Of a stretch of DNA of 46,504 nucleotides, positions 1-12,009 are shown in pieces (position 1 is the stretch's first letter; each line of letters begins with the position of its first letter). The DNA comes from Octopus bimaculoides (lineage: Eukaryota): NCBI RefSeq assembly GCF_001194135.2, contig NC_068982.1, positions 23,895,408 through 23,941,911 of the forward strand, in the 5' to 3' direction. The notes under the pieces were generated by a model. The model was not told the DNA's origin. It made no database searches and worked only from the letters and a program-made list of their open reading frames with translations. Both the position numbers and the translations under genes were made by a program.

Positions 1-65
<65 letters not shown>

Positions 66-410
66 TGCTGTGTGTGTTTGTGTTTATGTGAGCGATGACT
101 GTGTGAAGGGAGTGGTGCTGACAGATTAGCCTGAGAGGTTAGGAACAGTAGTTAGATTCGGTGGTGAGAGATGAGGTGATAACATGTGTGTGAGTACGTT
201 GGTGTTGCTGTGTGTTTGCGTATGTTTTGGCATATATATACGTACTAATGTGTGTCCGGATGAGTATGTGTGTGTGTGTATGCATTTATGCGTGTGGGTG
301 GGTGTGTATGTGTGTGGGTGTATGTATCTGTAATTATGTGTGCACTTTAGTTTGTGTATTGATGTGAGTGAAGGGTGTTTGTACATGCCAGCATGTGTCG
401 GTGTGTGTCT
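1..410. repeat. (TG)n microsatellite decaying into TG/TA-rich low-complexity sequence
   Basis: Pure TG at 1-63, then interrupted TG repeats; explains the His/Thr-rich ORF 126..386. Confidence 0.95.
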
Positions 411-1243
411 GTGTTATTTCCATCTCTCACGTTCTAGTCGTAAAGACTGGTCAACCTAAGAGTAGAGAAAGACTTGAGTAGGAATGGTAGTTTTCGAAAT
501 TAATTGCTTAACCACTGTGCCATGATTTTTGCCACAATCACACACGCACGACGGACACATATATGTATGTATGTGTGTTTTTGTCTTGTGGGTGTATTTG
601 TGCGTGTATTCATACATGTACGTATATATTATCTGTGTTCAAGTAATTGTGAAAATAATTAATGCTCATTATGATTGATTTATGTTGTTCAGCATCATTT
701 GGGATATAACTCATTCACTTGAAACGGTTCGGTTTTTATAGTTCAAAGCCATGTTTGCATTATACTTTTTGAATATATGAGATTGCTGGAATGTATATCC
801 GTCATCAAATGCTATTCATAATTATCAATCACATTCCGTGATGTTAATCTGTTACATTAAAAGTGAATCAAACCATCAATAATAATGCCGTACTATAATT
901 CATTCTCGTTGATAGTTTTGGCAGTGTATCAGTAAATAATAGTGGCGATCTAACTAATTCATTTGGACACTGTTTATTCATCATATCAGATGGCTTCATT
1001 GAAGCGACTTCAAGAAAATAGGTAAAATATATCCGGCTACTTGCAAGCATTGGCAAATTCTTTTACACGCCTCTCTCGTGCCAAATTCAAATTTGTGAAG
1101 AAGTTACGCACAACCCTCAGTTTATTGGATTTTATCACTTCTAGTCCTCATATATATATGTTCATGCTAACCAGAACAATAATTAACATAGCCAACAAAT
1201 GTATGAAATGTTGTCACATAATCTCTCTCTCTCTCTCTCTCTC

Positions 1244-1285
<42 letters not shown>

Positions 1286-1288
1286 TTT

Positions 1289-1590
1289 ATAAATAAGGGT
1301 ATCTAAGAGATACCGCCATGCTTGAAATAACAGCCAAAACCTGACTCTAAAACCACATCATGTACTCAATACGGCACAAGGTGAAAAAGACGAAGAGACA
1401 AATAAACTAGTAAAAAAAATTGGATAATCCCACACCTAAGGTTTCTGGGTCTGTATAAAAATACACTTTGCGTCGCTGAGTATATTTGTCTCTTTGTCTT
1501 TTTCGTCTTGAGCTGTATTGATGTGGTTTTAGCCTCATGTTTTGACTGCTATTTCAAGCATAGTGGTATCTCTTAGAAACTCTTGTTTAT
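1289..1590. mobile_element. MITE-like foldback element with about 115-120 bp terminal inverted repeats
   Basis: Arm 1289-1410 (ataaataagggtatctaagagataccgccatgcttgaaata...) matches the reverse complement of 1476-1590 (ataaacaagagtttctaagagataccactatgcttgaaata...). About 10 mismatches in the first 72 nt by eye plus one indel; 65 bp spacer; no ORF. Confidence 0.8.
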
Positions 1591-1702
1591 GATTTTAATA
1601 ATAATTATAACCTATAAAGTTTTTTTCTTCTCATGCTGCCACTTGGTTTGTTCGTTATTTAAATAACGGTCTTACCCTTATATATATATATATATATACA
1701 CA

Positions 1703-1871
1703 CTCTTTATTCCTTTACTTGATTCAGTCATTTCACTGCGGTCATGCTGTAGCACTGTATTTAATCGAGCAAATCAATCTCAGGACTTATCGGTTTTGTA
1801 TGCCGAAGCGCTAGGTTACGTGGACGTAAACACACCAGCATCGGTTGTCAAGTGATGTTCGGGGTACAAAC
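1703..1871 (-). mobile_element. SINE 3' body and tail (cephalopod-type family), partial
   Basis: Aligns with the second copy at 29085-29295 (cactgcgg..atgctg, tttaatcgagcaa, gccgaa.cgcta, catcggtt.tcaagtgatg). SINE assignment is from recalled octopus repeat sequence. Confidence 0.7.
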
Positions 1872-2004
1872 ATCGGTACTGAATTTATCGACCTCGAAAG
1901 GGTAAAAGGTAAAGTCGACTCCGGCGGCATTTGAACGTACAAACAAACGAAATACCGCTAAGCAATTCGCCCGGCGTGCTAACAACTCTGCCAGCTTACT
2001 GCCT
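1872..2004 (-). mobile_element. tRNA-derived SINE, 5' head and body
   Basis: Minus strand reads aggcagtaagctggcagagttgttagcacgccgggcgaattgcttagc...gttcaaatgcc, with A-box-like TGGCAGAGTTG and B-box-like GTTCAAATGC. Related copies at 35695-35870 and 14410-14585. Confidence 0.8.
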
Positions 2005-3353
2005 CTTCATCGAAGAAATATTTTTAGCATCTGGTACGATCAAGATTTTATATAAAATTATGCCTTCTCAATGACAGGTCCTATTTTTCGAATATGTACT
2101 GCCGGAGCTAGTAGTTCTCAACCACATAAAGAGTATCTTCGGGGAACGGGAACTGTCTTGCGTATTGTCATGGATGCACTGATTTTAGCTATCACTCTNN
2201 NNNNNNNNNNNNNNNNNNNNNNNNNNNNNNNNNNTATATGTGTGTGTGCGTGTGTGTGTGTGTATAAATTCCCGTACATATATACGTGCACCTTCAAATG
2301 TATCTATTAGTGAGCGCCCCTTTGTATGCGCACGTGTATTCGTTTATATGTGTAGATGTGTGCATATATCTAACTAACCAATGGTCCATTGTTGAAAGCT
2401 CCGCCAAACAACAACCAATGATGAATGACTCTTCAAATCGTCCATTAACCACTTCTTTATCTGCCATTGTGTAGCTGTTCGCTTGTCGCTGATTCACACA
2501 TACTCATTATACTCATTTTGTCAACCACCTATTACCTACCCACTTCTTTATCTAAATAACTGATTCAGAAATTCGACTCTCCCTCTGAAATAGACGCTGC
2601 TCTCAGCCATCCTATATCAGGACCCACATCAAAATCATTCACTGATGTAATTTTTCTTAATGCTTTCTGTGTTTTGTTTTAAACCTTCTTTTTCATTTCC
2701 GACATGAAATATGTTATTTTCTTTAAAAGGATGAAAGCCTCGCTTCCAACGGCAGTCATATTTATTAATTGTGAAGCTCAAATAAACTCTACACTTATCT
2801 AATTTCTTCAAGCTATTTTTAATGAGGTTAATGATTTTTATGATATATTGACAATTACAAGTCAAAAACAATGCTGTCACTCTGAGAATGAAGGTGTCAC
2901 GGGGTTATACATACATTGACCTGCAACTTTGTATGATAATGTTTGTGCTCACATTAGGAAACACTGGTCTTCATTTAGAGCAATACTGACAGCAATTAGA
3001 TGTATCTCAGTTTGACTGAAATATGAAAATGAAATCAACCAATATGATAAATTCTAACCTGTCACATTAATGTAAATGGATTGAATGATTGTCCTATAAT
3101 CATCAGTGGAAGACCCAATATGAATCTAGGACACACACCACACTTCTATCAAATTCACGTCATTGAATACAGATTGAATCTGTAATAGATATTGCTGTAA
3201 CCTTAGGCCCCTCTATTTATCTAATCGTTCGTCATTCCGTCTGTCGGTCTGTCTGACTTTATCTGTCCATCTATCTTCCTGACTATATTTTTGTCAGTTT
3301 TTGTGTGTATCAAGCTAGCTGCCTGTAAGTCTGTCAATATCTGTCTGTCTGTA

Positions 3354-3391
<38 letters not shown>

Positions 3392-3595
3392 AACACCTAA
3401 CTATCTACATGCATCTCTTTATTTGTCTATTCTTTTTCTGTTTATTTATCTATCAGCCTATCTATGTAATCTATTCATCTGTGTACATCTATATNNNNNN
3501 NNNNNNNNNNNNNNNNNNNNNNNNNNNNNNNNNNNNNNNNNNNNNNNNNNNNNNNNNNNNNNNNNNNNNNNNNNNNNNNNNNNNNNNNNNNNNNN

Positions 3596-3628
<33 letters not shown>

Positions 3629-4243
3629 TTCTCTTCTCCCGCCATATGTATATGTGTGTGTGTGTGTCTGTTTGTTTGAGTGTGTGAGTATTTCTTTGCA
3701 GCCATTCCCGGAGGTGTTTGTGCATATGTTTTGATCCTAAGTATTCACGTATGGCGCTACTTAATCAATTGGTTCGAGTAGATCCACTTCTATTTTGCGG
3801 GTAGTAGTTCACCAAGTCAGTCTATTGGATTTCACATCCTGCTACATTAATGCTTTTATCAACTTTTGTTCTCTGCTAGCCAGTTGTTGTTGACTTATAG
3901 TTTTGTTTCTATCGTAAAATCAAAGGTATGAGAATATGCGAACTACTCTGCTTGTTGCCAAAAACTTTGATTTCTCTTCCCCTGTAATATTCATACGTGC
4001 TTGTCACCACATATATCCCCGTATGTCACCTGCTACTATTACGCAAACGACACTTTATATACATTCCTATGACAAAAATATTTCAACCTTTATCTACAAT
4101 CAATCTCTATTGACCTGTCTCCAACATAACGGGCATGCCGTTCTGGTCGTATTATGAAATGCTGATTTCTCGTCATATATTTCAGTGTTGTTTAGCATAA
4201 CGCTTTTGCTCATCAGTGTTCACTCTCCGAAATCTTGCCTTAC

Positions 4244-4425
4244 ACATGTCTTCGGAAAATACGTTAGAAGGCTGCATATTTATTCCGATAACCAGCTGTG
4301 AGTTAAACATTCTTTTCTTGCCAAACAAGGTTAGCTTTTCCTTTGATACACCCAAGTTTAGTGGAGGTTTCGCTGCAATTAGTAATGCCATGGTGCTGTG
4401 GTTTTCCTGGAAGATGATTGGGTTT
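4244..4425 (-). CDS. Candidate internal coding exon (182 nt, phase 2 to 1), product unknown
   Basis: Acceptor gcgtatattacAG and donor catgt|GTAAGG bound the only open frame: NPIIFQENHSTMALLIAAKPPLNLGVSKEKLTLFGKKRMFNSQLVIGINMQPSNVFSEDM (part of ORF 4182..4607). No family recognised. Confidence 0.3.
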
Positions 4426-5003
4426 CTGTAATATACGCAATCAATCTCAATCACACGTTTCATTATAAATGCATGCATTATTATTATTATCCATTTGCTA
4501 CCGTCCATATACCCTCTAACATCCATTTCTTCCTGGAAATGCAATGTTACAACTACTGTCGTCAACCTTGATTGATATGACCCAACCCTACTATCAATGT
4601 TATGCAATCATGCGAAGCACAAAGAATGTCTTCCTATTACACAGAGAACGAAGGTCATCACATCACATATCTGAAGCCTATTTTATAGGGCTCTAGTCAA
4701 AGAGATGTCTTCCAGCATTAGCGATTCTTTCTTTCCTTTATACCCCCAAAATGTTGGTGTGAATGCCATACCCACTCATAGAAAAGGTTTTCCATGCATT
4801 TCATTTGGTATTCAACTCCATATTACATACAAAAGCTAGTTTCTTCCAGAAAAGTTCTTTTCACTTCTTCGACGTAGATTTCCAAGTACATATGCATGCA
4901 AAACATATGCATGCAAAATACAAAAGCACAAGAAAACTGGCCCTAACACAGTCCCTCATTTAAATTTGAGATCCGCGCCCTACGCTCATAAAACCATTTG
5001 TTA

Positions 5004-5034
<31 letters not shown>

Positions 5035-5657
5035 ACTCTCTCTCTCTCTCAACTCTCTGTTTTGCAATCTACATACTTATGTATCTCTTTCTTGCTTCAG
5101 TCTTTCTATCTGTCATTCTTTCTTTCCTTCTGTTCCACACGGACTTTCTATTATATTGATGATTTTTAAAATGATCTATTGTGTTCCTTACTACATCAGA
5201 TAACCACTGTTAGCGAGATTATTGCTATTGCACTGGATATTTCGGAACATTTCCACCATAACCGAAACGCAAAACTTGCCTATGCACCGCAGCCAGCTCT
5301 TCTGTTTTCGATCGATGTATACTTATTAGTCAGCAACATCGTTCTGCAGCGAAATGGATCCCATTGACCAATATCCATTCAACTACTATCTGTATCATGT
5401 TTCAAGTTTTTCTCACCCACAACTCATCAGCAAATCAATCCAACCTTCATTCTTTCCATAAGCAATGTAGACAACTTGCATAAACATTACAATGGTTCCA
5501 CTGGCACCATCTCAAAAACTTCCAATCAAGCCATCAGAATTCTGTCACCTAAAATACAAACAAGGGTTATTACAGAAAGTATTCAAAAGATTACGTCTCC
5601 ATCCCACCCTAAAGATGAACAGAATTCAACTAAACTACAACAATATTCATCGAACGT

Positions 5658-6078
5658 TTACTGGATTTCACCATCATTGATGATTTCTCTTGGCAAACGC
5701 AATCACAAACCATAGCATACTTAAGAAAGCGAAGTTACACTTCACAGGAAGAAAATAATTAATAACATTTAATAAACATATTTGAGACCCATAATAAAGT
5801 ATCGCATATGTACTGGATTAAACTGGAAGAAGTGGCTATCCTGTGGATTCCAAACCACAGACAACTGCTGTTATTTCTCGAACATCTCTTCCGCTTCATC
5901 TCATCTTCACTCAAGAACCCCTGCATAAATAATTTTCCAATTTATCCTAGCATATCTCCGTCAAGTTTTCACTCCCTGTTCCTACGAATACCCTAAGTCC
6001 TTTCTATGCAGAAAGTCGTCTTTCGAAGCGTTATCTGCCAATGATCTACATGTAGCTGTATATAAAAGAAAATTAGAC
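5658..6078 (+). mobile_element. Highly decayed L2/CR1-group LINE, post-RT C-terminal fragment
   Basis: Translation LLDFTIIDDFSWQTQSQTIA...IFETH...ILW resembles the LG(x)TIDDxLSWxxHI and IYxTxxRPxxEY blocks of CR1/L2 ORF2; several stops. Confidence 0.4.
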
Positions 6079-8456
6079 GTGTTGGTTTCGTAGGACCAAT
6101 GAACGCCATTTGTACTATCGCTTATCCAATCCTAGCAAATTACTGTTCATGTACACTTGGTAGCTTTGGTATCGGGTGAACTAAGAAGATTTATGGGATT
6201 TGTACAAAAACATACGCGTGAAAGAGAGAAAATGATAATACCCTTCGGCTTTCATACGATACTAATGAAAAAATTGTCTGCAACTATATGAGAGGAAAAT
6301 ACTAAGAATATAAAAGAGAATGAGTGTTGACTGGAAAAGCATTGGGAAGAGAAGGAAAATGAGAGATAACATAAGAATAAATGTTGTGTTTATTGGTTAG
6401 GGGAAAGTAGAATGGGTATTAGTTAGAGGTTAGTTAGTTCGTAAACAACTCAGTAAACAACGTAATTTTAATTAATTAATTAAGATCTAATTCATTCAGA
6501 TAATCTCACACCTTTAGATAATGCACTAAAAGTGCAATTTTAATTAATTAAAATTTCTTAGCTAAATCTATCAACAACTCTAGTGCCAAATTTAATACCA
6601 TGTCTTGACGCAACCAACGTCCTAGAGTGATTTTTTCCATCTTATTCTTCCAGGTTTTCACACCACTCTATGTTCATCTCCTTATNNNNNNNNNNNNNNN
6701 NNNNNNNNNNNNNNNNNNNNNNNNNNNNNNNNNNNNNNNNNNNNNNNNNNNNNNNNNNNNNNNNNNNNNNNTATATATATATATATATATATATCACGCC
6801 GGGCACGAAAGAGGAGAGAAAATAGTAATTCAGTGAATGAGAAGCAGTGAGAGTAATAGCCCTGACTAAAGGGAGTTGAAGAAAGTAATTGCAGTGAGAG
6901 ATAGGAAGGGGTGAAAAAAGTCAGTGTTTCAACTCTGTGGAAGTAAATGTGTGTATATGGGTGCGTGTACAAGGGAAGTGTATGAATGTTTGTGTGATTA
7001 TGTATATGTGATTATTATATACGTTATTTTGTACCTTATTTATATATACAATACTACAATTAGCCGTCGTTATTGACGGCACATGGTCAATTAGTGTTTG
7101 ATATAATTTTTAAAATTTTATTCTGAGGCATGTAATTTTCAACGATTTCTAGGCTTGACTGAAGTGTTATAATAATAACAAAATCTGTTGCGAGTGGTTA
7201 CAATACTTTTACTCACTTTTTAGCTCATTCCAAATGTAATTAATAAATACTTTAATTCGGTATGTTCTGCATTAGTTGAACCCTAAATTAGTTCTCCTAC
7301 ATGTAAAATGTCCTGCATTACTACATCAGCTGTGCGTATTTTGAGGTCCTCATGCAACAGTCATGCAGGTGTACTCTGAACAGTATTTCTATTATTTTTT
7401 CCGTTTTTGATTTGCGAAACATCCAATCGCAAGGAAACTACATGGTTCTCTTCATTAAGAGTTTGTTTTTCTTCAATGATAATACTTAACTTATAGGATA
7501 ATACTGTCCTATATATCTACAAACATGGACATACGTAAGTTAAGAGCTTTCACTGTGGTATATGTGCATTAAAAAAGAAAATGTTTAATTAAAAAAATAT
7601 TTGAATTTAAAAAAAAAAAATATTTAAAAAAAAACAAAATTTTAAATTATCAGTGATACAGGAAAGCGTTTACATACTCTAATGAAAATATTTTGTTGGC
7701 CTTCTAAAATTTCCTTTTAACAGTTGCTTCTCTCACTCTTTTCTGATGCGATTGCTATAGATTTGGTATTGAGAATAGTGTAGGAGAGTTTGGCACCGCT
7801 GTCGACTTCTCTACATTGGGAAAGAAAGCTTTCAGGTTAATTGTTTCATCACAAGTATACTTCGATTTTCTACTCTCCGCTATTGTTCATTTCTGCCCCA
7901 TTTGCAAAATAGAAGAAATCTAGAATACCAAGGACATCTTCCAGAGAAGCCCGACAAATCGAACTCCTCCACGTTCTCGCTAATATTTATTAATTCTCCG
8001 TACTTTTGTAGCAAAGCCATTACTCTAGTTGCTCTGTCTCAATGCTTCCCCTCTACACTCTATTTTCTTGTTGTTTGTATTTGTACTTGTGTAAAATTTT
8101 CTCAGTCTTTTTGTCATTTTTGTCGTACACGTACGCATGCTTTCTCCCTCCAAATTTAATGCTCTTAGCTTAGATTTTTGGGCTAGCCAGATTTGAACCG
8201 TGTCAAGTGTAACCAGCTGAGACTTTAGGGATGATCTGGAAACTTGATTGATGAGAGAAGGCTGCGAATAAGCCGTCTTTCGATCTTCTTTTCTCCCGTC
8301 CGATTTTGTATCGTCTATCTGTCCGGATGTTTTAGTGTCGTCTGTTGTGTTCTTGTTCCCTGTTTTGGATATATATATATATATATATATATANNNNNNN
8401 NNNNNNNNNNNNNNNNNNNNNNNNNNNNNNNNNNNNNNNNNNNNNNNNNNNNNNNN

Positions 8457-8516
8457 NTATATATGGAGATAGATAGATGATAGATACATAGATACATAGA
8501 TAGATAAGTAGATAGG

Positions 8517-8579
<63 letters not shown>

Positions 8580-8582
8580 GTA
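8457..8582. repeat. (GATA)n tetranucleotide microsatellite
   Basis: Direct tandem tagatagata run; source of the IYLS ORFs. Confidence 0.95.
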
Positions 8583-9059
8583 GAAAATCATTACACATTG
8601 CTGTACGGTGCAGATCCAATCCATCCAATGCTCTTCCTAATGGCTGTTACTGACAGCTACCAAGTTCTCATGCTGTTTTCCTCGAATTTTGCATATCATT
8701 AAAGGTGTCATTTCTTTCAGAACACTTTTAATTTTGTCTTGGTATGGAGGTTTTTACTTTATTTCTGTACACCCGCTGTACTTATGAATTATTGCTCAGT
8801 TTTTGTATGTTATTTTTTTTAGTGCATAATATTTCCTCTTTTTGAAGCTGACACGACTCCTGGGAGAACGATATCTGTCTAAAAGTTTTGGTGGCACCCG
8901 CTTTCCCTTCCATTGAATGAGTAAGCCTCTAATCTGTGACGTTCGCAAAGAATAGTTTTCGCTTCATCGATATTACGTCTTTACTACTCTTGATGATAGA
9001 CTTGCTGATTACTTACATTTTGTTTTAAATGATGTTCATATTGTTGTTTATATTGGAGC

Positions 9060-9296
9060 CAGCTGCTCTGGCGCTTGCTGCTTAAACTATTATTATTGCT
9101 GCTCCTGCTGCTGGTACAATTATAGATGCCATTATTGCTACTGCTGATTACACTATTGTAGTTGTTGGTTTTGTTACAGTTCATGTTGGAATTGTAACAA
9201 TTCATGCTGATGTCAATTGTCTTGTTATTACTGAGGTCATTGTTACTGCTGTTGTTGTTTTGGTGGTGGTGGTGGTGGTGGTGGTGGTGGTGGTGT
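9060..9296. repeat. Decayed (GCT/GTT)n tract ending in (GGT)n
   Basis: Degenerate trinucleotide periodicity, then pure ggt at about 9262-9296. Confidence 0.8.
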
Positions 9297-9499
9297 TAGA
9301 GTTCTGCGTTTTATAGTTTATAGCTTTTAGATTATGCTCTAATGTAAGCGAAAATCGCAACCTCCTCACACTCAGAAACTGCTTATGGAAAGCGTGAGAG
9401 CCGTTTCCCGTTTACTGCAAACGGATGAAGAAAGTCAAACGCAGATAAAACTCACGTGTGACGTTTCAGACGTGTGTTCCACGTATCATCCAAGTGATC

Positions 9500-9513
9500 A
9501 TAATAATAAGAAT

Positions 9514-9586
<73 letters not shown>
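9500..9586. repeat. (AAT)n microsatellite, left flank of HERO-like copy 1
   Basis: Direct reading. Confidence 0.97.
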
Positions 9587-9587
<1 letters not shown>

Positions 9588-10820
9588 GAATTCCAGCCAC
9601 GTTTCGTGGTTCGCTACCTCACAGCTCCCTTAAATGATCTGTGGCTAAAGACATCATTAGGAGGAACCATGTCCGGATTCGGCCCGTATTCCTCTACCGT
9701 TTTGCTTTCAGCTCTGGTGTTGAGTGCGGTTTTCTCTCTTTTGTTTTTCTTTGGACTTTTGTCTTTGGTTTCTCGTATGCAGCGTCAACGAATGTCAACG
9801 AGTGACTGACCATCCTGCCAAATGTTCCGCTAGATACTTGACGGTTGGCTCCAGCAGCAAGCACCAGTTAACTGTCACGTGACACTATCTAAACTTCAAC
9901 TGACCAATGGAGGGAAACGACGCGTAGTTTTGGTCCGCGCCCTCTCTAAATCTACCTTCCAACAGCGCCTTGTTACTTTCAGTTCCAGGGGCAAAAGCCG
10001 ACCAGCTGCTTGGTGGTACAAGCCTTCGAACCGGGAGGAGGGCGTGCAATGAACGAGATCACTCCCTTTTCCTACTTATCAATCAGCAACGCTACTTAAG
10101 TGCCAGCCAGCCAGCCTCACCTAGCAATGTTATTTCCCAGTCGGCATATTATGACTATCGAGCCATTTTAGGTCTTTTCGTTTCAGCCATAGAGAGAAGT
10201 TGGCTTTGTCGACATCCTCCTGTACACTCCTTACTAATTTTCTCAGCTCTGAGCTCGAAAATGCAAACCTTCTTTTAAATAACGTCACCATGTTCATGTC
10301 AATGAAGCCTCTATGCCCCATTGCCAGGTGGTAATACTCGACAGTCCATCCTTGTTCTACACACTCTTCCATTTATTTCTCATACCTCTTCTTCCGTTGC
10401 TCTGCATCAGCGATGTTCTCTTCGCATCCCACTCTCAGCTCTAGCACAATCCCAGTTTTTCGTTCTGTGTTCCATAAAATTGAGTCCGTTTATTTTTGTG
10501 TTCATTGTGGAAATATTAACAGTCTTTCGAAATCCGCGGCGAGCACCCGGTATTCCTTCCATATTTCGTCTGTCTCGTATACTTTATTTGAAGGACTGGT
10601 CATATATTCTTTTCCATCCGTCTGGAAGCATATCCTTTCGCACTTTTCCACTTTTGGGTAATCTCCCTTATTATATACCTCAATCTTATCCTTGAGTGCT
10701 GCACTTATTACACTAAGTACTTCATTGTGATGCCATTGATATCTGTCTGATGTTAGCCTGCAGTTTGACAAAACATATCTCACCGTCACTGTCTCTACGT
10801 ATCTACATTTATCAGTCGTT
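9587..10820 (-). mobile_element. HERO-like non-LTR retrotransposon (RLE type), 5'-truncated and decayed; copy 1
   Basis: Minus frame gives TDKCRYVETVTVRYVLSNC (degenerate CCHC), DRYQWHHNEVL (RHN motif), ADFERLLIFPQ*TQK*TDSILW (decayed RPD), ELRVGCEENIADAEQRKKRYE and CVEQGW...GHRGF...KANFSLWLKR (ORFs 10502..10789 and 10130..10372). The 9587-10129 part is assigned as 3' UTR only by position between the microsatellite flanks. Confidence 0.85.
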
Positions 10821-10927
10821 TAATAATAATAATAATAACAATACTAATAATAATAATAATAATAATAATAATATTAATAATAATAATAATAATAGTAATA
10901 GCGGTAGTAGTAATAATAATAATGATG

Positions 10928-11004
<77 letters not shown>
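10821..11004. repeat. Interrupted (AAT)n microsatellite, right flank of HERO-like copy 1
   Basis: Direct reading. Confidence 0.97.
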
Positions 11005-11006
<2 letters not shown>

Positions 11007-11086
11007 GGGGAAGAACGGACTACACTGGGGAATTTTAACGGGACTACACCGGGGAAGTTTAACGGACCACACCGGGGAAGTTTAAC
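11005..11086. repeat. Minisatellite, about 3.4 copies of a 23-24 bp unit (aacggactacaccggggaagttt)
   Basis: Units at 11014-11036, 11037-11060 and 11061-11083, with partial units on each side. Confidence 0.9.
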
Positions 11087-11571
11087 ATGTGAGAACGATA
11101 AATCACTGCTCCGAAACTTATCCAAAAACATCGGAAATAAAGACATCGCATTGAGCCAAAAAATAGCTGACAAAGGGTTGGACTATATCCGAGTAAGTAA
11201 TACTCATTGAAATTTATTTCTATTTTTCCAAATATAATGATGTATTTTAACTTGATACCTCCACTACCCGCACAGCGATCGTAAACACACGTGTTACATC
11301 AAAATCAAACCATCTTCGAACCCCAAAACACCATGTACAAAAAANNNNNNNNNNNNNNNNNNNNNNNNNNNNNNNNNNNNNNNNNNNNNNNNNNNNNNNN
11401 NNNNNNNNNNNNNNNNNNNNNNNNNNNNNNNNNNNNNNNNNNNNNNNNNNNNNNNNNNNGTGAGGAATACATTTCGATACTATACGCCTATTTCACAGCA
11501 GTGCTCTACCCCAAAAACGAAAACGCAACAACACATACATATAAAACATGGAAGAAAAATAATGTAAATAT

Positions 11572-11780
11572 AGACAAATACATAACAAAAACACCTGGAC
11601 TTACAGATATATATAACATACAGAAAATTGCACTACTGGGTACTGCATACATTCTACGCAAAACACTTTCAATACAGTAAACATGAGAGCACCACAGCAA
11701 ACCACAGCACATACCCAAGGCGCACAGAGCTGCGCTCGGTAGTGAAGTGAAAGCACGTTATAAAAATAAAACTACTGAAC

Positions 11781-11844
<64 letters not shown>
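11572..11844 (+). mobile_element. R4/Dong-like LINE extreme 3' end with 3' UTR and (AAT)n tail
   Basis: DKYITKTPGLTDIYNIQKIALLGTAYILRKTLSIQ* matches the terminal QKxxLxGTxHxLxxxLS block also seen at 33770-33830. About 100 bp of UTR, then (AAT)n at 11781-11844. Confidence 0.85.
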
Positions 11845-11849
<5 letters not shown>

Positions 11850-12009
11850 TATTATTATTATTATTTATTATTATTGTTGTTGTTGTTGTTGTTGTTTTTT
11901 TATTTATTTGTTCATTTTTTATTTTAACTTTTTAAAAAATATTTCTTTAAATATATTTTTTAAAATTTATTTTCTAGTTTTTTCACTTCTGCCCATCTCT
12001 TCTAAAATG

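Noticed and set aside
8025-8390. Lys/Thr/Asp-rich minus-strand ORF
   Set aside because: Starts in a microsatellite and gap; no recognisable motif or splice sites. It could be decayed TE sequence but I cannot support a call.
8984-9300. Asn/Ser/His-rich minus-strand frame ending at a GTAAGT donor
   Set aside because: Decayed trinucleotide repeat; the frame is closed by TAA just after the only nearby acceptor.
9587-9635. Hammerhead-like words on the minus strand (ctgtga...cgaaacgtgg)
   Set aside because: The core lacks one nucleotide, stem II does not abut GAAA, and position 17 is G.
11005-11086. CRISPR-like or iteron-like reading of the short tandem repeats (also 40171-40264)
   Set aside because: Units are contiguous with no unique spacers, there are no cas genes, and the context is eukaryotic.
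10750-11173. Poly-N, poly-L and poly-Y ORFs (also 26851-27531 and 36437-36955)
   Set aside because: Translations of trinucleotide microsatellites on several frames at once.
11090-11198. Plus-strand frame LLRNLSKNIGNKDIALSQKIADKGLDYIR ending at GTAAGT (faint BPI-like KGLDY or death-domain resemblance)
   Set aside because: No credible acceptor upstream, and the similarity is only a few residues.
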